A stretch of DNA of 64,000 nt from an uncultured Terracidiphilus sp. (GCA_964420185.1 CAYQSI010000010.1:4456-68455), one strand, 5' to 3'; counted from the first letter of the stretch, positions 18,410-27,558 are shown. Notes: generated by a model not told the origin, from the sequence alone. A program made the numbers and translations.

Positions 18410-20413
18410 TTACTGCTTCTTGAGGACAGCCGTGTTCTTTTCGTCGGAGAGGATGGCCGACTCGAAGAGGCGGAAGGAGGCGGCTTTGGCGGGAGGTATC
18501 TCGACCTGGCGGACGACATATTCACGCTCGTAGTGGAGGAGATTGCCTTTGGCCGAGACCGTGGAGTGGTAGCTGGCAAAGTCAAGGTCGATGTTGACCG
18601 GGTCTGGAGTCTCATCGACGACGTAGCCGGGGGGGATGGCGATGTCGAAGCTGTCGCGCCAAAGGCCGGGGTGCCCGAGCTCGATGGGGTACTTGCGAGG
18701 CTTGCCTTCCATCACATCAGAAACATTGTGGACGCGGCTGCCGAGGACGCGGGGGCGGAGCAGGAGGAGCGGACCGGTGGGATGGGCATAGCCGGTTGCG
18801 CTGAAGTGCAGATCTAGGTCCAGCGGTTGATCGAGTTGGGCGGCCTGGTGGAATTCGAATCCCTTGAAGGCCAAGCCGGGCAGTTCGTAGCCGAGGCCTC
18901 TCTCCAGCTTTTCGCGGATATTTTTGGAGTCGTTTTCCTTCAGGAATCCGCGCTCGTAGGTGGCGTCGTCTCCGGTGAAGACCTCAGTGATATCGCCGGC
19001 AAGGGCACCATCGGCGGAGAGGGTAAAGGAGCCTTTGCGGTTGAGTCCGGAAGAAACCGGAGGAAGGACGGGCATTTGCAGAACCTGGCTGTCGGTTCCG
19101 TTTGCGATGTTGCCGTAAGCTCCCTGCAACTGAGCGCTGATCAGACCAACGGGGGTTTCCTCGTCAGTGGGGTCGAAGATGAGGAGGGTCTTGCCATTGA
19201 CAGCCTTGACGCGGGCCATGAGGCGAGGATCGTTTTCACCCTCCGGCAATTCGATGGCGGTGATCATATGATTGCCAGCCAGGGATGGAGCGGCCGGATC
19301 GATGGTGCCGCGCTCACTGTCGACGTGCAAGTAATGGGCGCGGACGCCGATGGCCTGGAGCATGGAAATCAGCAGGGTGGTCTTGTCCTTGCAGTCGCCG
19401 TAGCGGTTGCGATAGATGTCGCCGGCGTAATGGGCCTGCCAGCCGCCGATGCCTTTGGCGACGATGAAATAGCGGATGTTTTTCTGGATGTAATCGGTGA
19501 TGCGGCTGAGCTTGGTGTAGAGGTCAGGAGCGCCGGCGGTGAGCTCAAGAGTCTTGGCGGTAATCTCGGGGGTTGGATCGGGACGGTGTTCTTCCAGGTG
19601 CTCCTCCCAGAGGCCGATAGCGCGCCACTGAGCATCGGCGCCCTGGACGGCTGCGTCTCCCCACTTAATGGACATACGCGCGGCCAGCGCTCTCCAGGGG
19701 GGAGTGGAGTGGATGTTTTCGAGATCCAGGGCGGGCATATCCTTTATCTCCCAGCGGAGATGGTTGGAGCCCAGATCGATGGGTTTCACGGCGGGAAACT
19801 TGTGCCATGCCTCAGCGAAGCGGCCTCCGGGTGGAAGAACCAATTCCATCGCTTCGGAAACGATCGGGATTGGGGCCTGAATCTCCCAACCCTCTTCACT
19901 CATGTAGGGGTGGAGGTGCTCCTCCAATTCGCAGACGACGACGGCGCCGGGGTCGCTGGCGGGCGGATTGACGGTACGGATGCGCTCAGTGAACTGGAGG
20001 ACGGGAGCGGCGTATGCCCCCATGTCCTTGAAGTCTGACTCCATGGCCTGAAACTGGCGTCCGTCGGGGGCGATGGTCCAGGAGCGGAAGTAGTCGAGCT
20101 TTTCGTCGATGTCGTACTCGACCTCGCAATGTGAGTAGTTCCGGCCCTGGGGCTTGAGGATGCGGACCGCCAAGCGTTCGCGCTCGACGGCGTGATTCTG
20201 CTCATCGACAGTGATGAGGTACTCGTCGAAGAGGACCACGGCGGGGGAATCCTTGGCGGAGGAGGGGGTGGGGATTTTGGCGGCGTCCACAGCCCATTGC
20301 GGGAGGTCCTGCTTATCCTTGCCAAGCCAACTGGCGAGGCTGGGCTTACACGCAAAAAGAAGAAGAGCGACCAGAAGAAAGCGAACTAGACAGGAAGAAA
20401 GCGAAAATTTCAT
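18410..20413 (-). CDS. DUF3857 / transglutaminase-like domain protein (Cys-containing core)
   Basis: 667 aa with an N-terminal signal ('LLLFACKPSLA'). The central core 'YRNRYGDCKDKTTLLISMLQAIGVRAHYLHVD' is of the transglutaminase/cysteine-protease type. Confidence 0.8.
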   Translation of the reverse strand: MKFSLSSCLVRFLLVALLLFACKPSLASWLGKDKQDLPQWAVDAAKIPTPSSAKDSPAVVLFDEYLITVDEQNHAVERERLAVRILKPQGRNYSHCEVEYDIDEKLDYFRSWTIAPDGRQFQAMESDFKDMGAYAAPVLQFTERIRTVNPPASDPGAVVVCELEEHLHPYMSEEGWEIQAPIPIVSEAMELVLPPGGRFAEAWHKFPAVKPIDLGSNHLRWEIKDMPALDLENIHSTPPWRALAARMSIKWGDAAVQGADAQWRAIGLWEEHLEEHRPDPTPEITAKTLELTAGAPDLYTKLSRITDYIQKNIRYFIVAKGIGGWQAHYAGDIYRNRYGDCKDKTTLLISMLQAIGVRAHYLHVDSERGTIDPAAPSLAGNHMITAIELPEGENDPRLMARVKAVNGKTLLIFDPTDEETPVGLISAQLQGAYGNIANGTDSQVLQMPVLPPVSSGLNRKGSFTLSADGALAGDITEVFTGDDATYERGFLKENDSKNIREKLERGLGYELPGLAFKGFEFHQAAQLDQPLDLDLHFSATGYAHPTGPLLLLRPRVLGSRVHNVSDVMEGKPRKYPIELGHPGLWRDSFDIAIPPGYVVDETPDPVNIDLDFASYHSTVSAKGNLLHYEREYVVRQVEIPPAKAASFRLFESAILSDEKNTAVLKKQ

Positions 20414-20415
20414 GA

Positions 20416-22437
20416 TCAGTTGCCTTTCGTCGCGGGAGGCGTTTTGGCGAGTACTAGCTGTGCCTGGTCAGCGGCAGCGATCTTCTGGTAGAAGTCGCGG
20501 AGGTCGAAGTATTCCTCGGGCTTGACGGTAGCGAAGGCGCGCGAGAAAACGCGGGCGATGGTGATCTGTCCGGGCTCGGATTTGGTCTTGGCGATCAAGG
20601 CCGCGTGGCCCTCCCAGGGGATCTTTGTGTCCAGGGGCGTGCTTTCGAAGGTCAGGTTGGCAGGCAGGTGATAAACGATCTGGTCGGTGATCTGGTCGGC
20701 ATAATGCATATCGACAGGCTCCTGGCGTAGAACCTGATCGACAAAGGGGTGATGGCTGCGGGTCTGAAAGAAGAAGCCGGGGAGCAGGAGGCGTTTCGAG
20801 GTCGAGGAGCCGAGAGATCCACGCAGGCTAACGGTGGCTATGAGGTCGGCCTCGGGATCGTCGAGTCCCGCGAAGCGATCGATATGGGCCTCGACGCCAT
20901 AGGGGACGACGAGCGCCAGCCCGCGGTCAAATTGCTTCTTAATCTCGCCCGGATCGAATCTCAGAGCAGTTTGACGCCAGCCGAGGGCCTGCTGGCCGGT
21001 CATGACAATGCTCAAGCTGCCGGTTATGGCACCATGCGCATCGAGGGTGATGTCGCCGGTGCGGAGAGTTTTGTTGTCGGTGTAGGCCTGGAGCGGGGAG
21101 GTAGCAGCACCACGGATGCCGGCGCCTTGACGGACGCCTGTTGCGCCGGTGTGTTTCCAATGCACCATCTGGAAGGGGCACATTTTCTCGCCAGGGTCGA
21201 GGACAATGTCTTTGCCGCCGGTGTTCAGGATGATGATGTCGTCATCCAACTGGTCAAAATAGAGGTAGCTTGGATCAAAAACGCTCCGGCTGCGATTAAC
21301 GACTTTCATGTCATAGGCGGTGAGGCCCGCCGCGCGCAGCATGGCGAGATAGAGCAAGGCAATGTCGTTGCTGGAGCCGCTTTTCTGCGCCCATGTATCC
21401 TCGGCGCGCCGGGCCTCCTTCAAATTGAGCTGTTTTAGTTCTGATTCACTTTTCTTGCGGGAAAAGTCGGTGTTGTCGAGGGCCTGGACGGCCTTGTAGA
21501 GCTTTCTAGCCTTGTCCAACTCGGTGTCGCCGGGGGCAATGAGCGTTGCAACCGCTTCTTTGATGGATTTGGTAGGCTCGGCAAAATGATCCACGTCCTT
21601 TGTCCAGAGCTTGGTCTGGTCGGACCAGAAATCAGAGCCCTTACGGGCGCTCGTGTAATAGAACCTCACATGGGCGAAAAGGCTCTCATTTGGTGGCATC
21701 CACTCCTCGTCCGGGATCGGCTGGATGTTGTTCAGGTCAACGCTCAAAGTTTGCGCGGCTTTGTCGCTCTTAATTGGAGTTCCCGGCGGGAGCAAGGCCG
21801 ACCAGAGGATGGAAGTAATTGGCGTCCGATGCGAATCGACCAGATGAGTTGTGGGCGCGAAAGGCAATCCAGGGAAGAATCCTTTGGCGGGGGTGAAGGA
21901 ATAGTGCGCCTTGTGGACAAAGTAGCCACGCTGGATCTCCCAGAAAGGAGAGGAGAAGTGATAGTCGTCGTAGCGCATTTCAAAGCGATACTCGAGGATG
22001 CTGCCAACCTCGACGCTGGGCAGGTTGAAGACCTTGCGATTGACCTGTCTCTGATCGCCTTCCATGTTTGTCGTCTTAATACTTAACAAATCATCAGGCT
22101 TGCCGACGAGTGGAATGACGGTTCCGTCGGAGTGAATGGTGCGGGCCTTGATGTCAGTGATCTCAGTGTTGCCCTGAAAGTAAGGGAGCATGACGGTAGC
22201 CAGTTCCTTGCCTTTTTCCTGAAGAACCTTAGCGCGCACATAATAGCTGTAATAGTGCTGCGGATCGTTGGTGGTCTCCTCGATGTTGAGGTAGACAGCA
22301 GCGGCACCGGGAGCCAAGGGATCAGCGGTCATCTTGAGTTCTTCGTCAGTGGGCTGCTGGAACTGGGCGAGAAGGAGGGCGGGCGATGCGATGGCGAGGA
22401 GCAGGGGTAGGTGGCGTAAGAAAGCTGGAATCCGCAT
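20416..22437 (-). CDS. DUF3857 / transglutaminase-like domain protein, paralog 2 (Cys replaced by Ser)
   Basis: 673 aa with the signal peptide 'MRIPAFLRHLPLLLAIASPALLLAQ'. The equivalent core reads 'KSGSSNDIALLYLAMLRAAGL'. Collinear with 22501-24519. Confidence 0.75.
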   Translation of the reverse strand: MRIPAFLRHLPLLLAIASPALLLAQFQQPTDEELKMTADPLAPGAAAVYLNIEETTNDPQHYYSYYVRAKVLQEKGKELATVMLPYFQGNTEITDIKARTIHSDGTVIPLVGKPDDLLSIKTTNMEGDQRQVNRKVFNLPSVEVGSILEYRFEMRYDDYHFSSPFWEIQRGYFVHKAHYSFTPAKGFFPGLPFAPTTHLVDSHRTPITSILWSALLPPGTPIKSDKAAQTLSVDLNNIQPIPDEEWMPPNESLFAHVRFYYTSARKGSDFWSDQTKLWTKDVDHFAEPTKSIKEAVATLIAPGDTELDKARKLYKAVQALDNTDFSRKKSESELKQLNLKEARRAEDTWAQKSGSSNDIALLYLAMLRAAGLTAYDMKVVNRSRSVFDPSYLYFDQLDDDIIILNTGGKDIVLDPGEKMCPFQMVHWKHTGATGVRQGAGIRGAATSPLQAYTDNKTLRTGDITLDAHGAITGSLSIVMTGQQALGWRQTALRFDPGEIKKQFDRGLALVVPYGVEAHIDRFAGLDDPEADLIATVSLRGSLGSSTSKRLLLPGFFFQTRSHHPFVDQVLRQEPVDMHYADQITDQIVYHLPANLTFESTPLDTKIPWEGHAALIAKTKSEPGQITIARVFSRAFATVKPEEYFDLRDFYQKIAAADQAQLVLAKTPPATKGN

Positions 22438-22500
22438 GAATTCATCCTTTCTTCAGGAGCAACAGAAAGCATAACGCACGAGTATCAAGATGCGATCAAA

Positions 22501-24519
22501 TCAATTTCCTTTTTCCGCGGGAGGCGTTTTGGCGAGTACTAACTGCGCCTGGTCAGCGGCGGCTACCTTCTGGTAGAAACTGCGGAGGTCAATGTATTCC
22601 TCGGGCTTGGCGGTAGTAAAGGCTCGCGAGAGGGCACGGGCGATGATGATCTGGCCGGGGTCGGATTTGGATTTGGCAATCATGGCCGCGTGGCCCTCCC
22701 AGAGAACCTTTGCGTCCTGGGGCGCGCCTTCAACGGTCAGGTTGGCAGGCAAGTGATAAGTGATCTGGTCAGTGACCTGATCGGCAAAGTGCATATCCAC
22801 GGGTTCGAGGCGCTTTTCCTGATCGACAAAGGGATGGTGGCCGCGGGACTGAAAGAAGAAGCCGGGGAGGAAGAGACGTTTTGAGGTAGCGGAGCCCAGC
22901 GAGCCATGGACCTTCACCATGGCCATGAGGTTGACTTCGGGATCGTCGAGGCCGAGGAAGTGATCGATATGGGCCTCGACGCCCTCGGGGACAATGGACC
23001 CAAGCCAACGGTCGAACTGCATTTTGAGTTCGTCCGGATCGATTCTCAGGGATGTCTGGCGCCAGTAGAGGGCCTCCTGGCCGACCATGACAAAGCTCAA
23101 GCGGCCGGTGATGGCGCCGTGCGCGTCGAGGGTGATGTCGCCGGTGCGGACAATTTTGTTGGCGGTGAAGGCCGGCTCGGGCGTCGTTCCAAGGCTACGG
23201 ATGTGGTCGCTTTGACGGATTCCGGTGGCCCCCGAATGCTTCCAGTGCAGGGTCTGGAAGGGGCACATTTTCTCACCGGGATCGAGGAGAATTTCCTTGC
23301 CGGCGATGTTGACAAAGACGAGGTCGTCATCCAACTGGTCAAAATCGAGGTAGCCGAGAGCGAAAACGCGCACACTGCGATCGGCGACTTTCATGCCGGA
23401 GGCGGAGAGGCCCGCGGCGCGCAGCATGGCGAGGTAGAGCAGGGCGATGTCCTGACTGGAACCGCTCTTCTGTGCCCAGGTATCCTCGGCGCGCCGGGCG
23501 GCCTTCAAATTGAGCTGCTTGAGTTCGGATTCGCTTTTTTTGCGGGAAAAGTCGGTGTTGTCGAGGGCCTGGACAGCCTTGTAGAGCTTTTTAGCCTTGT
23601 CTAGCTCGGTGTCGCCGGGGGCAATGAGCGTTGCAACCGCTTCTTTGATGGATTTGGAAGGCTCGGCGAAATGATCCACTTCCTTTGACCAGTGCTTGGC
23701 CTCTTCGATCCAGAAATCGCCTCCGTTGAGGGCGCTCATGTAATAGAACTTCACATGATAGAGCAGGCCCTGGATGGGCGGCATCCACTCCTCGTCCGGA
23801 ATGGCGGGGATGTCAGTCACCTCAACGTGGTAAACCCCCGCCGCATCATTCTGCACAGTGACGCCTGGGGGAAGGACGGGCCACCAGATGAGGGAATTGA
23901 CCGCGCGGCCACGCGCATCGACGAGAAACATAGTTGTCGCACGCTGGCTGCCAGCCAGGAAAGCCTTGAAGGGAGTGAAGGAGTAGCGCGCATGGTGGAC
24001 GAAGTAGGGACGCTGAATCTCCCAGGTGGGCGAGGAGAAATGCTCGTCGTCATAACGAAGCTGATAGCGATATTCGAGGATGCTACCGACTTCGACGCTG
24101 GGCAGGGTGAAGACCTTGCGGCCGAATTGCAACTGATCGCCATTCTTTGATGTTGTTTTGGCGGTCAAAAGATCTTCAGGCTTTCCGACGAGCGGAATGA
24201 CGGTTCCGTCGGAGTGAATGGTGCGGGCCTTGATGTCAGTGACCTTGGTGCTACCGGAGATATAAGGAAGCTCGACGGTGGCCAGTTCCTTGCCCTTTTC
24301 CTGAAGGACCTTGATACGGATATAAACGCTCTGGTAGTGGAGCGGATCGTTGGCGATCTCCTCGACATCAAGGTAGACAGCAGCGGCGCCGGGAGCCTTG
24401 GGATCAGCGGTCATCTTGAGTTCTTCGTCGGTGGGCTGCTGGAACTGGGCGAGAAGGAGGGCGGGTGATGCGATGGCGAGAAAAAGGGATAGATGGCGCA
24501 CGAAAGCGGGAATCCGCAT
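22501..24519 (-). CDS. DUF3857 / transglutaminase-like domain protein, paralog 3 (Cys replaced by Ser)
   Basis: Trimmed to 'MRIPAFVRHLSLFLAIASPALLLAQ'. The core reads 'KSGSSQDIALLYLAMLRAAGL'. Roughly three-quarters identical to paralog 2 by eye. Confidence 0.75.
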   Translation of the reverse strand: MRIPAFVRHLSLFLAIASPALLLAQFQQPTDEELKMTADPKAPGAAAVYLDVEEIANDPLHYQSVYIRIKVLQEKGKELATVELPYISGSTKVTDIKARTIHSDGTVIPLVGKPEDLLTAKTTSKNGDQLQFGRKVFTLPSVEVGSILEYRYQLRYDDEHFSSPTWEIQRPYFVHHARYSFTPFKAFLAGSQRATTMFLVDARGRAVNSLIWWPVLPPGVTVQNDAAGVYHVEVTDIPAIPDEEWMPPIQGLLYHVKFYYMSALNGGDFWIEEAKHWSKEVDHFAEPSKSIKEAVATLIAPGDTELDKAKKLYKAVQALDNTDFSRKKSESELKQLNLKAARRAEDTWAQKSGSSQDIALLYLAMLRAAGLSASGMKVADRSVRVFALGYLDFDQLDDDLVFVNIAGKEILLDPGEKMCPFQTLHWKHSGATGIRQSDHIRSLGTTPEPAFTANKIVRTGDITLDAHGAITGRLSFVMVGQEALYWRQTSLRIDPDELKMQFDRWLGSIVPEGVEAHIDHFLGLDDPEVNLMAMVKVHGSLGSATSKRLFLPGFFFQSRGHHPFVDQEKRLEPVDMHFADQVTDQITYHLPANLTVEGAPQDAKVLWEGHAAMIAKSKSDPGQIIIARALSRAFTTAKPEEYIDLRSFYQKVAAADQAQLVLAKTPPAEKGN

Positions 24520-24701
24520 GAGTCTTTCCTTTGCTTGCAGACGGCTAGAGCCCTGTTGCAAACGGTGCGATTGAATGCAGAGATTCTACATCGGGGGGAA
24601 AGGGGCGTCGAGGAGGGTTTCTTGTCAGTGAGTACTATCCTTGCGGAAAACTGCGGGTCCGTCCTTCCACTGCCCACCCCAGCGCACAAAGAGTGCGCGC
24701 C

Positions 24702-25132
24702 GGGGACTGCGGTTCCGCGGCGCTTTGCTCCTGGTGAACGGGGAGGGATCAAATCCGGGGTTTTGAACAAATCAGCAAGTTAGCCACCGCTTCGCGGTGA
24801 TAGCGGGTTAGCAAGTTAGCGGATTTATGCAACTGGCGGTGTCTTCCTGCCCTAGTTCTCTGACCGGATAGTTCAACTTCAAGGAGTCAGAGACCTAGTC
24901 GGTGGGATGGCGGGATTCGGGGACTGCGGTTCTGCGGCGCTTTGCTCGTGGTGAACGGGGAGGGATCAAATCCGGGGTTTTGAACAAATCAGCAAGTTAG
25001 CCACCGCTTTGCGGTGATAGCGGGTTAGCAAGTTGGCGGATTTGTGCGACTGGCGGCGTCATCCTGTCCTAGTTCTCTGACCGGATGGTTCAACTTCAAG
25101 GAGTCAGAGACCTAGTCGGTGGGATGGCGGGA
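24702..25132 (+). repeat. Tandem duplication, 2 x about 217 bp (units 24702-24915 and 24919-25132)
   Basis: Each unit contains a family-D module, a GTTAGC hairpin element, a minimal family-B derivative and 'ctagtcggtgggatggcggga'. In unit 2 that last string is the final 7 codons of maf. Confidence 0.9.
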
Positions 25133-25744
25133 CTCAAGGAGGGAGGCGACAAGGGCTATGGGGAGGCCAACTACGTTGAAGTAGTCGCCTTCGATGCGGG
25201 GAATCCAACGGGCGGCGCGGCCCTGGATGGCGTAGGCTCCGGCTTTGTCCATGGGTTCGCCGGTGGCGATGTAGTCGGCGATGTCTTCGTCCGATAATGC
25301 GAGGAAGTGGACGGCGGTGACTTCGGCGGCTACTTCAGTGGAGGTTTCAGTGACCAGGGCGACGCCAGTGATGACGCGGTGAGTGCGTCCGGAGAGGAGA
25401 CGGAGCATACGGGCGGCGTCAGCGGGGTCTTCGGGCTTGCCGAGGATGTGGTCGTCGAGGGTGACGGTGGTGTCAGCGCCGAGGACGCAGAGGGAGGGGA
25501 TGAGGCGGCGATTGAGGGGCGTGGCTTTCCACCCTTTTCGCAAAGAACGCGAACAGGATGGGGCACCCTGGAGTTCGTTGTAGACGGCCTCGGCTTTTTC
25601 GCGGGCGAGGCGGGTGACGTAGGCGATGGGGTCTTCGTTGGGGATGAGGTCTTCTGGGATGTGGGCGGGGTGGACCTCGAACGAGAAGCCGGCTTGGGCG
25701 AGGAGTTCGCTGCGGCGGGGGGATGAGGAAGCCAGGATCAGCAT
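25112..25744 (-). CDS. maf: Maf-like nucleoside triphosphate pyrophosphatase
   Basis: 'MLILASSSPRRSELLAQAGFSFEV', 'VLGADTTVTLDDHILGKPEDPADAARMLRLLSGRTHRVITGVAL' and 'DKAGAYAIQG'. It carries an in-frame repeat-derived insertion (see findings). Confidence 0.88.
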   Translation of the reverse strand: MLILASSSPRRSELLAQAGFSFEVHPAHIPEDLIPNEDPIAYVTRLAREKAEAVYNELQGAPSCSRSLRKGWKATPLNRRLIPSLCVLGADTTVTLDDHILGKPEDPADAARMLRLLSGRTHRVITGVALVTETSTEVAAEVTAVHFLALSDEDIADYIATGEPMDKAGAYAIQGRAARWIPRIEGDYFNVVGLPIALVASLLESRHPTD

Positions 25745-25813
25745 ATTGAGATTATTGCAGGGCGTGGGGGCAGAGAATAGCGAGCCAGCGAGTCAGCTGG
25801 CCCGCTGGGGTGG

Positions 25814-26884
25814 TTAAGCGGTAAGGCCGGTTTGGAAACCGGAGGGGGTGGCGAAACCCCAGGCCATGGCAGGGGTGTTGTGAGCAAGGCCGAAGCGGCC
25901 GTCGGGCCCGAGGAGGATGATGCCGCCGTGGCCGCCAAGACGGTTGAAGAGGTAGGCGATGGCTTCGCGGGCGGCTAACTCGGGGGCGGCGCCGCTGGCA
26001 ACGCGGTCGGTGGCCCACTTGCCGAGGACCAGCTTCATGATGGGCTCTCCCCAGCCGGTGAGAGAGACGGCGGCGGAGAGATTGTCGGCGTAGCAACCGC
26101 AGCCGATGAGGGAAGAGTCGCCGACGCGGCCAGGAGTCTTGTTGAGGGTGCCACCGGTGGAGGTGCCGGCGGCGAGGTTGCCTTGGGAGTCGAGAGCAAC
26201 AGCGCCAACGGTATCGTGGGACCACTTCGTGGGGTTCTCGAAAGGCTTCGTGGGGACTCCGGTCTTCCACCCCACCGACAAAGACCCGTCGCTGGGGACC
26301 CCGGTTTCCGGACTCTTGTCGTCGAAGAAGTCTGGATCCAGGGGGGTATCCAGGCCGGAGAAGGTGTTGTCGCCGAGACCGGCGGCCTCACGGATCTTGG
26401 CATGGGCGAGGCGCTCGCGCTCACGGTCCAGGACCAACTCGGCATTGTCGATGAGGGGCATCCCGAGGGATTGGGCAAACTGCTCAGCGCCGACGCCGAC
26501 GAAGTAGACGTGAGGACTCTTTTCGAGAACCAGGCGGGCAGCCTGAATGGGATTGCGGAGATGTTCTACGCAAGCCACGCCGCCAGCCTTCATGCGGCCA
26601 CCGTCCATGAGGAGCGCGTCGAGCTGAACGCGTCCGTCGGAGGTAAGAAAACTGCCACGGCCGGTGTCGAAGGTGGGGTCATCTTCGAGGACGGTGACGG
26701 CGGCCTCGACCGCATCGAGAGAAGAACCGCCGCGAGTAAGAAGGGCGTAGCCGGCTTCAAGCGCGTTGCGGACGCCGGCTTCATGAGCAGCCGCCGCGTC
26801 AGCGGGGATGGCCCAAGCGCCACCGTGGACTAAAAGAGTGGGAGCATGCAAGGCTGATTTCGTCACTAGAATATCGTAGAACAT
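25814..26884 (-). CDS. isoaspartyl peptidase / L-asparaginase (Ntn hydrolase, Asparaginase_2)
   Basis: 'LLVHGGAWAIP', 'LEDDPTFDTGRGS', the autoprocessing site 'HDTVGAVALD' and 'GTSTGG'. Confidence 0.88.
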   Translation of the reverse strand: MFYDILVTKSALHAPTLLVHGGAWAIPADAAAAHEAGVRNALEAGYALLTRGGSSLDAVEAAVTVLEDDPTFDTGRGSFLTSDGRVQLDALLMDGGRMKAGGVACVEHLRNPIQAARLVLEKSPHVYFVGVGAEQFAQSLGMPLIDNAELVLDRERERLAHAKIREAAGLGDNTFSGLDTPLDPDFFDDKSPETGVPSDGSLSVGWKTGVPTKPFENPTKWSHDTVGAVALDSQGNLAAGTSTGGTLNKTPGRVGDSSLIGCGCYADNLSAAVSLTGWGEPIMKLVLGKWATDRVASGAAPELAAREAIAYLFNRLGGHGGIILLGPDGRFGLAHNTPAMAWGFATPSGFQTGLTA

Positions 26885-27184
26885 CTGGCGGGGGGAGCGC
26901 GGGAGCCCTCAATCTGGCAGGGGTTTGTTCCTCTTTCGATCTCGTGTCAAAGAATGGGAGTTGGAGATATACGTGTAAGTGGTTGAAACAAAGGGAGAAG
27001 GATGGGGTATTGAGGGTTGCAGGGAATTTAGGGGAGATTCGCTAAGCTAAGTACATTCAATGAGAGTCAGAGCAGCACGGGGAGAGCGGGTGGACGTTTT
27101 GACCTTAGCGAAGGGCCGCAGATGGATGTGACGGAAGCGGCTGAACAGGCTGCGGAAAAAGGCCTGGATTTTATCCGAACATCC

Positions 27185-27320
27185 GAAATACATCCCTCAG
27201 GGCCTGAAGGCCTCATTGATTTTGCGGCATTTACGGCACGACTGAAGTCGTGCCCTTTCAAAACGACGAGTTTTTCCGCAGCCTGTAAAGCCCCGACCTA
27301 CCAGTCGTGCCCTGATACAA
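27185..27320. repeat. Cluster of family-C mini-hairpins
   Basis: Contains 'cagggcctgaaggcctc', 'cggcacgactgaagtcgtgccctttcaaaac' and 'ccgcagcctgtaaagccccgacctaccagtcgtgccctga'. Confidence 0.75.
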
Positions 27321-27520
27321 AGCGGCTTTATGAAACACGTTTTACGAACTTTTCCGCAGCGTGTGAAGGCAAAATGGCCGGGGCAGGACAAACTCTTGAA
27401 GCGATCAGGGGATTTTTCGAGTTAAGGCGGAGCAGCGAAAGACGGTGCAAGTCGGCTTCCTTTGAAAAAACGAAGCCGCAGCGCCTTCGCGGCGCCTGAT
27501 GAGACCAATTCGGCAGATGC

Positions 27521-27558
27521 AGGGGCGATTCCATGGCGGAATCGCCCCTTTCCTTTTT
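27521..27558 (+). terminator. Intrinsic terminator with no recognisable upstream gene
   Basis: A perfect 12-bp stem, 'aggggcgattcc'(27521-27532) paired with 'ggaatcgcccct'(27538-27549), a 5-nt loop, then 'ttcctttttac'. Confidence 0.6.

Noticed and set aside
24735-24765. A tRNA-like T-arm impression from 'gggagggatcaaatccgggg' (also at 13050-13075).
   Set aside because: I could find no acceptor, D or anticodon arms around it. The sequence is part of a thrice-repeated module. I found no convincing tRNA anywhere in the window.
26230-26300. A possible repeat-derived insertion in the isoaspartyl peptidase linker ('SLSVGWKTGVPTKPFENPTKW').
   Set aside because: The nucleotide sequence does not match any of the repeat families. 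This pre-nucleophile linker is naturally variable in the family.
27122-27499. ORFs that run through repeat blocks: 27122..27499, 7360..7695, 3323..3988, 3405..3896, 5104..5586, 16503..16757 and 24411..24770.
   Set aside because: Their sequence consists of the family A, B, C or D repeats, giving strings such as 'RLKSCPFKT', 'PVSILRPGK' and 'KDGAPR'. The same peptides appear in different frames at other copies, so they are repeat artefacts and not genes.
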